The notes below the pieces were generated by a model, which was given only the letters and a program-made list of their open reading frames with translations, was not told the DNA's origin and did not search any database. From Paragordius varius (lineage: Eukaryota > Animalia > Nematomorpha), in contig OZ176055.1 in the NCBI GenBank assembly GCA_964247055.1, positions 6,634,001-6,698,000 of the forward strand: 64,000 bases of DNA, written 5' to 3'. Shown here in pieces: positions 36,501 through 48,567 of the stretch (the first letter of the stretch is position 1; each line of letters begins with the position of its first letter). The position numbers were made by a program, and so were the translations under genes.

Positions 36501-39500
36501 GTCACATCGCTGCTAGAAACATTCCGTATGTGTGAGGATATTGAAGATTTAAACGCTTTACATACTCTATTTCGAATAGTGAAAGGTCTGTTTTTGTTGA
36601 ATCGAAATTCGGTCCTGGAATTACTGCTGGCTGATGATGCAATCCTTGATGTTCTTGGTTGCCTTGAATACGATCCAAATTATCATTACAGCACTTCAAA
36701 TATTCCAAATGTGAATCATGTTAATAGTGTTGCTGATGGACCTACTAATAATATCCATAAAGATTCTGATGGCAATATTATCCTAATGAAAGAAAAGAAC
36801 AGTAACACTTCATCCAAACAAACAAATAATTCGTTAGCATCTAAGAAAGAATCTATTTCTGATAACACAAAAGGTAAAAGTATGGATGAAACTGTGTCAT
36901 CAAAAGAGTCCATTAAACCAGAACTGAATAGTAGTAATACCACAATTGGGAGTGTCAATGAAACTACTGAAACGCAATTTATGGAATGTGATAGCTCTGA
37001 TACAATAATAATTGATTCATCAACCCCATCAAATAGCAGCAATGAAATGAATGTTATTGGTCAAACAATTATAGAATCTACCGGAAAAAGCGAGAGTGAA
37101 AATTGCAATATAACGCTAATAAATGTTACAAAAAACATAACCTCTTCATCGAACCAATCGGAGCATTTAGAAGTCTTGGGATCAACAGAAGCGTCATGTG
37201 AAATTGACGGTTCCGTTAATGGTATGATGTTTTATTAATTTATACATATATTTTATAGTATAGAATGGACCAACCCCTCCATAATGAGTTCCCCCCCCCC
37301 CGCTTTTTTTATTTTTGGATTTTCATATACACGTTTATAAAGTAATTATCTCATGCATTCTGATTTTAAGTAGGTACTAGTTATTTAAGTTATATTCGTT
37401 TAAAGTTAAATAAACCTTCCCACAAATTTACTAGATTTTGTGGGTATTTTGTTACGCTCATACCAAAAACAATTTTGAAATATAATTATCTTCTCAAATT
37501 TATACAGAACAATATTTTATCATTAAAATTGTTAATTATTTGAAAATATTTAAATCTCAAAAAAGGGGGATCTTGATTCTTATATTTGACCGTGTATGTT
37601 TCCCGTCAATCGGTATCTATATAACGGGGGTCCATTGCATTAGTTTTGGAGCTAAATATATTATTAATTTGTATGACATAAAAAAATTTTTGGATTGAAA
37701 TTCAGTTGAGTTTATTAATTTATTCACTGTTTATGCGCCCAGATACCGACGACAATATTAAAGAGACTCATACGTTTGCTAAAGACGTCTCAAAGACTGA
37801 AAACAATTCAGATCATCTGTCATTAACAAACACACAACAATCCCCAACTGAAAATGATAAATTAACTGTTGTCGTCAATCCACAATTACCCAAATTCCAT
37901 CACAGAACTTACATTTGTCAAGATGTACGGTATATGGAAGCCATTCCAATCAGTAATCCAGAATTGCTTAAACGCATTCATCAAACTTACCGTGCCCAAT
38001 ATATTATGGATGTTGTCCTTCCCTTGAGTAATAATAGCGCAAACGCAGCTCAAACTGCTGCGGTTAATTCAAACGGCAACAATGTTGCTAAAAGTAACAA
38101 TTCAACAACGAATAGTAGCCCATTTTCTTCGTTTTTCTTAGATGATAATAGCAATACTACTAATAATTCAACAATGGGTTTTGGTGGTTTTGGTTTTGGA
38201 GCAAATACTCCAAACACAAATATTTTATCGGCTCTTAGCTCATTCATATATTTCAATAAAATGGAAATTGTGAATTTTATACAGGTACGTGATTGAGCAA
38301 AAATTGACATTTTTTTGCGGTGGATATAATAAAAAGGGGGAGAAAAAATATATATTTATGATTTAATTTATAGATTGATGGGACACTTTTAAATACATAT
38401 TTGATACTTAGTTTATGTATGGTTACCTTTTGATTAAGTCAAAACTTAAAATGTCATTTTTTTAAAAAAAAATATGTCTAATTATAATCACAACGTTTTT
38501 GAGGTTAATTTTATGCTTTGACAAAATTCTAACCATTTATTTTTTTTGAATTTATATTATATCCAGGGTAAAATAAGTTTTATTTTATTAAATTTCATTT
38601 TTAATTATTATGCTTTATAGGAGGACAACAATATCATACAAGATGTGTTTGAACGACTAACCTCTGAAACATGTACAGCAGAACAAAAGAAAAATTTAAT
38701 TCTTTTCTTTAAGGAATTATGCGTTTTCTCCCAATCGTTACAAAATCAAAATAAAGATTTCTTTTTTAAAGTATGTTTTAAATTTAATATAACTTACCCA
38801 ATCATAAGAGAAATGAAATTGTCATTTTTTAATTAATACCGGTATCAGCCTTGAAAACTAACCGAAACCGTTTCTTGTATATTTTTTAAATTTTGTTCCT
38901 TTGGGTGTTTTTTCCATTAAGAAATATTCCTTTTATATGGCTATTTGGTATAATTATATCTTGTTTTAACTTATTTATACTAGGCACTCTATAGAATTAA
39001 ATTGTATAAATTTTATGATACAAATATTATTTAACTAGATTAGATACCATATAAAGTTGTTGACAATGATTTGTGAAAAATTACATAATTATATCATATA
39101 AGATTTATCATTTAGTTTTATTCACATTCATTTTTAACCATTCAAAAGTCAGTTAATAATTAGGCCTGTTTTGAAAAATTTTACATAAATTATAGGAGAA
39201 AGGGATCGCATTAATTACCTAATAACAATTAAAAATGCTTATAATGGTAAAAATCATCATTCTTGTAAAAATTTACCGAAACATATAATTTTTTTACATT
39301 TTAACCGCGGTTAGGTACAAAACCGCCCGCTTTAGTTATTGGTAGCTAATAATTTAAAACATTTAATAAAAGTTTTTTTGATTTAACAAAACCCGTATTG
39401 CAATTTATATTTTTTTTGTGACAAAAAAAACATTGAAAAGGTATTGATGCAAAAAGGTATACTTTCCGTAATGGAAACACTCCTACCTTGTGACGATGAC

Positions 39501-42500
39501 ACATCCCGCAATGCTATAATAGATATTCTTTGGTTTTTGGTTGAATATAATCCTGGTCAGATTCGAGAATTTATTCTGAAAGAATGCCAAACAGATCAAG
39601 ATGAAGTATGCTACTCTAAAAAATATAAATTAATTGTGGCTTTTTGATTTTTTGATTGAAAAGTGGCTACAAAACTCTTTTTCTTGTTAAATGGCTTATA
39701 TAAAAAACTTTCATTGATAATTGACTAATTTCTGAGTATTATTGATTAAAAGTTAAGTAGTAACCTATTTTTGTTTTTTTTTAAATTATAACATTATAAA
39801 AATTTTTTTTTGATAGGATTCCTATTTTTTGAATGTTTTGGTGGAACAAATGATTTGTGATCCCGATCCAGAGCTTGGAAATGCCTTACAAATTTCGATT
39901 ATGCTTAAAACTATAGCAGATCCTGAAAACATGGCCTCATCTCTTAATGTAATATAGCCCATCTTAATTTTTCTTTCTGTCGAATAAATTGGGTAAAGTT
40001 TGAAGATTAAACACTAAAAATTAATATTTTTTGGAAATGACCAGAACTTGAATATTTCTAACCACTAACCTATTGTTTTGGTTAAAAGAGGCAATATAGT
40101 AAATTGGTACACACTCAATTTTATATTTCATATTTGTTAACATTTATGGTTAAAAATATTTAGGTATATATAGTTTCTTCCAAAAAAATCATTTACTATA
40201 TTATGATATTTCCTTAATTATAACATTTTTTAACATAATAATAAAATTAAAGTCAAAAAATAGTGTATAGAAATTTTTTTACATAATCTTTTTCTGGTCA
40301 TATTAGAAAAGTGAAAAAACTGAATTTTTGAGTTTCTTTTACAAATATAACATGCACGTGTTGATTGCTCCACTTTTGGCTCATACTACGGAAGATAAAT
40401 TGGGAAAAGGTAGTTTTATTTAGCTTTTTAAATAAATTTAGTAATTACTTTTTAAATCTTTTATTGAATTTTACGAAAAAATTAGTTATAGATTTATGTT
40501 AATTATCTAAAATAAATATTTTTTAGATGATTACCGTACCGCACTATTACTCAGTATAATATTGGAGGTTGTTACATTCTATGTTTCGCATCACACCATC
40601 CATTCCAAAAATTATTTTATAAGCAAGGATATTTTGAGGCGAACCCTGATACTTTTACGATCTAAACATCATTTCCTTGTTTTATGTATGATTCTATTCA
40701 CTTCATTTTACTTTTACTAACGTTAACATATGTAACTATTATTAGTTTACTTTTAAAATTTTAGTAAACATATATGAATTAGTACCGTTTTTCAAACAAA
40801 CTTAGCTAAGTTTTAAAAATATGACTTTTTTTAATTTTTCGAAAAGTAACGCACACATTGCTATTATATGGCTTTTTTGCTTATTCTTCCCATTTTATTA
40901 TAAAAAGTAGCTACTACCTGCCAGTTTTTTTTTTGAAAAGTCCATGTGGAATCGGAACCGTTAAATTTACACAACACTGAAATTGTTATGGATCCTATTT
41001 TTTTATTTTAATAAACAAGACAAACTGAATTTACTGTTGATACTAAATTTATAATGTATAATCTCTAGGTGCATTACGTCTCCTCCGAACTATTGTAGGA
41101 CTTAAAGACGAATTTTATAATCGTTATATTATACGGTCCAACCTTTTTTCCCCAGTTTTCGAAACGTTCAAACGAAATGGATCTCGTTACAATCTTTTAC
41201 ATTCGGCTATTTTGGAGTTGTTTGATTTCCTTAATTCAGTAATTCATTAAAAATTATTCTAAGAATTTTTTTCATAAACACAGCCACACACCTATAAACT
41301 TTGATATCTTAAATAATTGTAAATATATTGTTGAGTGTGAATTTACATCTTTTATCTGCAACCTAACATAGGTTATAACAAAAATCAATTTTTAAAAAAT
41401 ATTTTGTTGTCTTTAAAATTTTATTTTTTACTGCATCTATTTACCGTTAAAACATGATATTTATTGTGTTACACTATAGGAGGATATAAAATCTCTACTA
41501 AATCATACAGTGGATTCATTTTTTGAGACATATAATCTTGGGAAATTGACCTATACAGATGTATTTACCCGATTAAAAAAACGATATGACCTATACAAAT
41601 TGGGTACGACGTTACCCTCTTTCCATGGTCCGCAACAACAGCAAACGCATACAACTGGCAATGCTAATTTATATTCCTTACATTACAATATGAATCAAAA
41701 CGCAAATAATAACCAATCTATGGGTCCATTATCAAATACCCTAAATTCTGGGAATAACAATTCTGCTACATCAAGTTTTCTATCCTCCAATCATGATGAT
41801 TTTGGGTAATTCCTTTTTTTTGTCAATCTAAAATTTTATGTTCTCAGTTGGGGAAAAAGAATTTTTCCAAAAATAGTATTTTATTATTGAAAATTGAGTA
41901 CAATTGAATATAAGGCGTAAAATATAAAAATGAAAGTTTAATATGGAGGAAAAATTTATAATTGATATTTTTAAATGAATAATATAATTAGAATTTTAAT
42001 TTTTATATAGTATTGAGGGGTTGATGTTTTTTACATTTAATTGCCTTATGAAAACTTTTAAAACGTCTCCTATTTCCTTTTATTGTGATATTTTTGTTTT
42101 ATTTTTACTTTTGAACAAAGACTCGTGGTAATCGAAAATTTATTATTTAAATAAATTGGATTTGTGTTAAATTTAAATAATAATTTCAATTAATCAGTTG
42201 TTATAATTTTTTTTAATCATTTCATTTTATTAGTAACGTGTTAATGAACATGGATGATGAATTATCATCAGAAAATAATGGGGAGAATTTTGACACTGCT
42301 TCAAGCACAGATCATATGTTTTCTACATCTCCTTCCATAAATAGTACGGCAAAGGGTGGCGATTTTTTTAGTTCTGCAAGTCCTACAACCTTGTTCAAGG
42401 ATAGGTAAAATATTTGGTTTTTACAGTTTTTATTATTAACTTTTTTCTGAGTTTTTCAATGGAAAATAAAAATTTTTTGGTGAATTAATTGTATTAATTA

Positions 42501-45500
42501 TATTATAATGTCTTGTTTAGAGATCCAGTTTTACATCAAACATCCTCAATGCTTAATTCGGCATCGACTAGTTTTCAACTTTCAGATCTATATAGCAATA
42601 ATACATTTAACCAAGGTTGCGTGTTATTTTATTTATTATCGGATCTGTTGAATACTTTTGTTTTTATAAAAACAAAATATTTTTTTATTATAATAATTGT
42701 ATGTATTTTAGCCAAAAATAACTTAAATAATTTTGATTTAAGTTTATTTTTAGGCGCTTTTTTAATAAGCTCTTATTTATGGTTGATTATATAATAATTT
42801 TTAGTTAAAAGTATTAGCAAATATTTTTTTAACAATAATTTAATACGAACTTATAGTCAATTTAATAGTTTTATGTTTTGCCTTTACATACACTGTGAGT
42901 AATTATACATTGCAACTTCTTTTCTAATATATTTCGAAATAGCATATACAGCAAAGATCATTTTTATTAGCTGATGGTAGTAAAAAACGAAACTTAAAGC
43001 TAATAGTAATTCCCTTTGCTGTATATGTTATCTTGAATTATATTTGGGTGAAAAACTAGCATCAATGCATTTTCGCTCCATACTGTATTATGTTGAAAAA
43101 TTTCATTTTCTAACATACCATTTACACTTTAAATTCACACTTAAATAATTCATATTCACCTTAAAAATAAATTATATGTTTTCAAGATAATATATTTTAA
43201 ATATGAATTATATCTTTTGGCATGGGTTTATAATTTTTTCAATATTATGTTAATTTTAAACGGAATTTCTTTTTTTAATAATATAAAAAAATATAGGTAA
43301 TTTTACATAACAACACTTTTAAGGTGAATTTGAATCCTTCAAGGGTATATATGTTTAAAACAGAGTTGTTTTTTTTATTTAGAAATTTCAGCGACTCACA
43401 CCCCAGTGGTGGTAGATGAAAGTGAGATTGAAAGGAGACGCGAGGAAGATTGGTTTGATGCCGAAGATTATAATAATGAATATGTGAGTACAACAACATC
43501 ATCCACTTCATCCAATTCAAATTCTGCTGATGTGTCCAATAATAATGTCGCAACTGAACAACCATCGTTTTTTAACAATGCTTTCGTTGAAATAAAAAAT
43601 TCTACTAAACTTACTATTAATGCAGACAAAGAACCCGGAAACGCAAATTTAGATAAAGAGAATAAGGACAATAATAGCTTTGCCAACATAAATATTGGTA
43701 TAATTAGTTATTTTTATATATATAACATACGGTTTGTTTATATTATGGAATTTGGTCGTGTATTAATACTAAAAAGTGTCGAAAACTCGGATCAAATATA
43801 AATATCTATTGAATTTGTTTTGATGAATTAAATATTTTATTATATCTTGCATTTTACTTTGAAAAAATTATACGCCGAATATGCTTGCAAAGTTAAAAAA
43901 GTAATTAATTCATTTTATAAAATTTTAGATTTCATTATCTTTTTAATATATCAATGTTTACATTAATATTTATAGAAACATCCAGTAGCTTGTTGTACAC
44001 AAACACATCTCAAAAATCCACTGGGCAATGGCTTACAAATTCTTTTTCTGATGTTACCACGAACGATGAAAAATTTGGTAATTTTAAAACCTTTTTTTCT
44101 ATGAATTTTTTACATTTTACAAGTCCATGAAATTTTGCAATGAAATCATAAATATGTTGGCTAACTTATTTTTGCTGGTTTTATTGCTTAAAAACTCGAT
44201 GATTCATAATGAAAATTTTTAAAAAAATACTATTATTGAATAAAATTTCCACGTTTGCAACTTTGGTTGCTTTTCATGCACATTAATGCCGGTCATTTCA
44301 TTTTATTATTGGGCAATTGGTAATACAGTAGCCTATGGGTAAAAAACAATAAATAGTTGAAATTACAATTTTATCCTATCTTACAACATATAAAATTTTA
44401 TTTAATAATGGACAAAATTTGTTTTATATCATCAAGCTATATTGTATTACCAATTACCCATCAATAATGTTAATTGATCAACATTAATGTGCATACTATA
44501 TATATACCATTTACAATTCAAATTCACCCTCAAATAAAATATATGTTTTTAGATTAAAAATTACCCAATATTTTTATATATTTTTAAAAAATCAAAATTT
44601 TGTTTTAAATTTAAATAATACTGAAAAAATAATAAACTATGCCATAAACATATATTTCTCATTAATAATGAGTTATATTAGTTCGAAAACACATAATTTA
44701 TTTTTAGGGTGAATTTGAATTGTTCAAGGGTGAATTTGAATTGTTTAAGGGTGAACTTGACCTGTAAATGGTATATATATTGTTTTATATCAAGGTGGAT
44801 TATTTAATGATGAAACTATTGTTGAATCATCGCAAACAATGCTTATTACCTCAACCACAACAGTCAATAAAACATCTTTATCACTTTCCACCTCCAATAT
44901 TAATTCAAAAGACAATATTTTATCTAAACATCAAACAACAACCGTATTAAGAGATGACAAAATCGTGGGTAGTGCCTTATTACAAAGATCTCATTCATTT
45001 GCTTCAATTAAACCGGGCGGCTTATTGGGACCTGCAGAAGATTTGTCCTTATTAACAGATAAAAAAGAATTTATTGAACCCCCTACATCGAAACGAAAAA
45101 GTATGGAGGAAGGTGGTATGTTTGAAACCAATATTACGCAACAACAAAGGACAATTTCCAATTTTTCGGTCAAAAAATTACACATTTCCCTCCCTAATTT
45201 ATTAACAAACACCACCCCCACCACCAGTTGTAATGAATCCACTAAACCTATGGTTTCAACTACGCATAATAATACTTCCGTGAATGCTAAATCTTTAAGC
45301 AATATACCAAACATACAATATAAGGTAGGCGTCGATTTATTTTAAATATTTTTTTCGGTAATATTTTTTCAATATTTATTATGCTACAGTTACTCATATA
45401 GTGTTATTAGATTACCCTTTCATGGTTATACTATACCATTTAAAGCTCAAATTCACCTTTAAACACTTCAAGTTCACTCTTAAATCAAAAATTATCCATA

Positions 45501-45807
45501 TTTTCATAAAATAAAACTTTAGAATTTACATAATACAGAAAAACTTGATAAACAGTGCCTGAAAAAAAATAATTTATATTAATAATGAGTTACAGAACAG
45601 CCCAACAACACAAATATATTTTTAGGGTGAATTTGAAGTATTTAAATGTTTAATATAAGGTGTAAATACTATATAAGAATTTTTTTTAACGGATTTTAAA
45701 CATTTTTTAATTGACATTAATTAACATTGTAGGTTTCGCCATTGCCATCGTTGGTGGATTATTCATTAGATGACGATGATGACGAAGAAGAGGAAAAAGA
45801 TAAATGA
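33516..45807 (+). CDS. PPP4R3: Protein phosphatase 4 regulatory subunit 3 (SMEK/Falafel/Psy2), multi-exon with large low-complexity insertions
   Basis: EVH1-like [23 protein letters not shown] / KQDQTLISW / LSFQ; [13 protein letters not shown]; [10 protein letters not shown]; [17 protein letters not shown]; [13 protein letters not shown]; [10 protein letters not shown]; EFLSFFYKY; [12 protein letters not shown]; [13 protein letters not shown]; EEDWFDAED; C-terminus [19 protein letters not shown]. Confidence 0.93.
43114..43350. mobile_element. MITE family with CCATTTACA TIR and 21-bp subterminal repeats, degenerate copy
   Basis: taccatttaca...aaattcac at the left; aaggtgaatttgaatccttcaagggt at the right. 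Confidence 0.55.
44507..44771. mobile_element. MITE, best copy: TA-flanked TIR CCATTTACA...TGTAAATGG with tandem GGGTGAATTTGAATTGTT(C/T)AA
   Basis: Perfect 9-bp TIR flanked by TA; about 2.6 copies of a 21-bp unit at the right end and one inverted copy at the left. Confidence 0.8.
45436..45650. mobile_element. Degenerate copy of the same MITE family
   Basis: ccatttaaagctcaaattcacc...attaataatgagtt...tttttagggtgaatttgaa. Confidence 0.55.
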
Positions 45808-46399
45808 AATATAATAGCGTTTATGGTAAAGGTATTTTTAAGGAACTCTATAAAAAATAATTTTTAGTCTCCGTGTTTTACCATTTAAGATGAAATATTA
45901 TAAATCATTTTTTTGTTCAAACTTTTTTTTATCTGATGCAAAATTTCGTATTCTAAAAGGATGAATTAAAATTTAGATAATATGTATATTTTTACAAGAA
46001 GATTCAAATGAATAACCAACGAATACTCCATTTATTATAAAAATTAATTTGATTGCTCTTATAATTTTTATCTATATATATATGTTTTAGCCTCAAGTTT
46101 TACGTTGGAAAATGTGGTTGGTTCGAATAAAGCTCCATAGATCTTAACACTTTTATCCTTCAATTACCCATTTATATAATCCAATCTTATTATTTATACG
46201 ATACTATTATTATAAATTTTATGCGTGTTTTTACATTGTTTCTTATTATATGTTTCGACACAATATTCGTTTTAGAAAATGTGTATTATCTTATTTATTT
46301 GTCGAATTATATATGATGATTTACACATAACTCATCATATTACTGTTATAATATGCATGTTTATCGATCATGTATGATGTTCTGATTGATGATACATAA

Positions 46400-47836
46400 T
46401 TATAAATAAAATTTTCTTCGATTTTTTTCCATGACGTGTCTCTATGTAGATATAATATACATAAAACAAAATAAATTTATTTATAAACAAATCGTTATTT
46501 AATACAATATTTAATATTTTGGGGGAAAAAATAACTATATGTTAATTAAATTTAGACGATTTATAAAGTAACATAATTATTTACCTTTAACATCCAATCA
46601 TATTCTTTGTTTGAAGGATCATATAAACCGCGTTGGACAAATTGCAATCGTAATGTTATCCGGGGTCCTAATTCATTTAATGATACCCTTTCCCCATTTT
46701 TAAATTGATACCTATAGTTTTTTATAAACATTAACAATTCCAACTTCAATTAATATCACAAATTCATAATTACAGTCATGTATCCTTTATTTTATCATTT
46801 TTTTTTCGTTGAATGGGTATAAATATTTGGTAGAGGATGGAAAAAACAAGAGCTCTATGGTAATTATCATATATTTTAATGAATATGATATTGTAAATAC
46901 CATAGAGCTCTTGTTTTTTTCATTCTTTACCAAATATTTATACCCATTTAACGAAAAAAAAATTTTGATATATTAAAGGATACATGGCTGTATATAAAAT
47001 TTTAAATAATATTGAGCAATTTAAATATTGCCAGATAGCATTATTAATTTCTCGATGCGTAAAATGTTGGCAAAGAAAATTATTTTTAGGTACAAAGCTG
47101 TATTAATGGTGATGGACACTTTCTTTAATGTTATAGCAAGTGTGATGTTAAAGTATAAATGTAAAATAGTTGGTGGGAAATTAGATTTTAATATAATTTT
47201 TTTATGAATTGAATACTATGTTAATGAGGATTTTGAATGTAATTTATTAATGATTGATTTTGATATATTTTTAAATTTTTTCTCAAATATGGGATGAAAT
47301 ATGATGTGTTTTACTATTGTTTAGGGGTTATCGATTAAAACTAATAAGTGATTGGTTTTTGCTATTTTGGTGATTTCAATATATTTTGAAAAAAAATCGT
47401 ATATGGGATGAATTAGGATGTTTTAAATATTTTTTAAGGGGTAGATTAAAACCAATAAGTGGTTTCATAATTTTGATACATTTGTAAGTTTTACAAAATT
47501 TTAAGATTAATTAGTATATTTTTAATATATGGGGTCATCGATTCTAATTGATAAATTGCTTTTAAAAAATAACAAAATAGCAAAAACCAATCACTTATTG
47601 GTTTTAATCGATACCCTTAATATAGAACATCCTATTTTATCCCATATTTACGAAAAAAAATTAGAAATATAAAAATCAACAAAATAGCAAAAACCAATCC
47701 CTTATTGGTTTTAATCGATAACCCTAAAACAATATTACATCCTACTTCATCTCATGTTTAAAAAAATATTTAAAAATATATCAAAATCATTCACTATAAT
47801 CAATCATTGAATGACAATTAATATTCTAATTAACAC

Positions 47837-47873
<37 letters not shown>

Positions 47874-48510
47874 CATTAATATCTAGATTTTCTTTCAAAA
47901 TAACCCAATTTCCCACTAAGTTACATTTAACATTACACTAGCTATAACATAAAAAAAGTTCACTATAAAGTCCATCAACCTCAATACAGATGTGTACCTA
48001 AAAATAATTATCTTGCCCACATTTTAAGCATCGAAAATTTAATAATGCTATCTGGCATTATTAAATTTAAAGTTGGCAATCTTTTTTTTACTCATACTAT
48101 AATCCGACTCATAATCAAAACAAATAATATTTACATTTTTAAAATTTTTTAAAACATTGGTTATTTTTAAAAGCGGTGACAGTCAGACACAAAATGTATT
48201 TAATCAAGCCTAATTCTATATATTTATATATATATACCATTTACAATTCAAATTCACCCTTGAACAATTCCAATTTACCCTTGAACAAATCTAATTCGCC
48301 CTAAAAATAAATTATATGTTTTCGGGCTAATATAACTCATCATTAATATGAAATATATTTTTACGACATAGTTTATTATTTTTTAAGCATTATATAAATT
48401 TTAACCAGAATTTGATATTTTAAAAATATTATAAAATAAAAGTAATTTTTAATCTTAAAAAACACACAATTTATTTTAGGGTAAATTAGAATTGTTTTAG
48501 AGTGAATTTG

Positions 48511-48567
<57 letters not shown>

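Noticed and set aside
44700-44771. CRISPR-like array (21-bp repeats)
   Set aside because: Repeats are contiguous without spacers, lie in a eukaryotic MITE end, and no cas genes are present.
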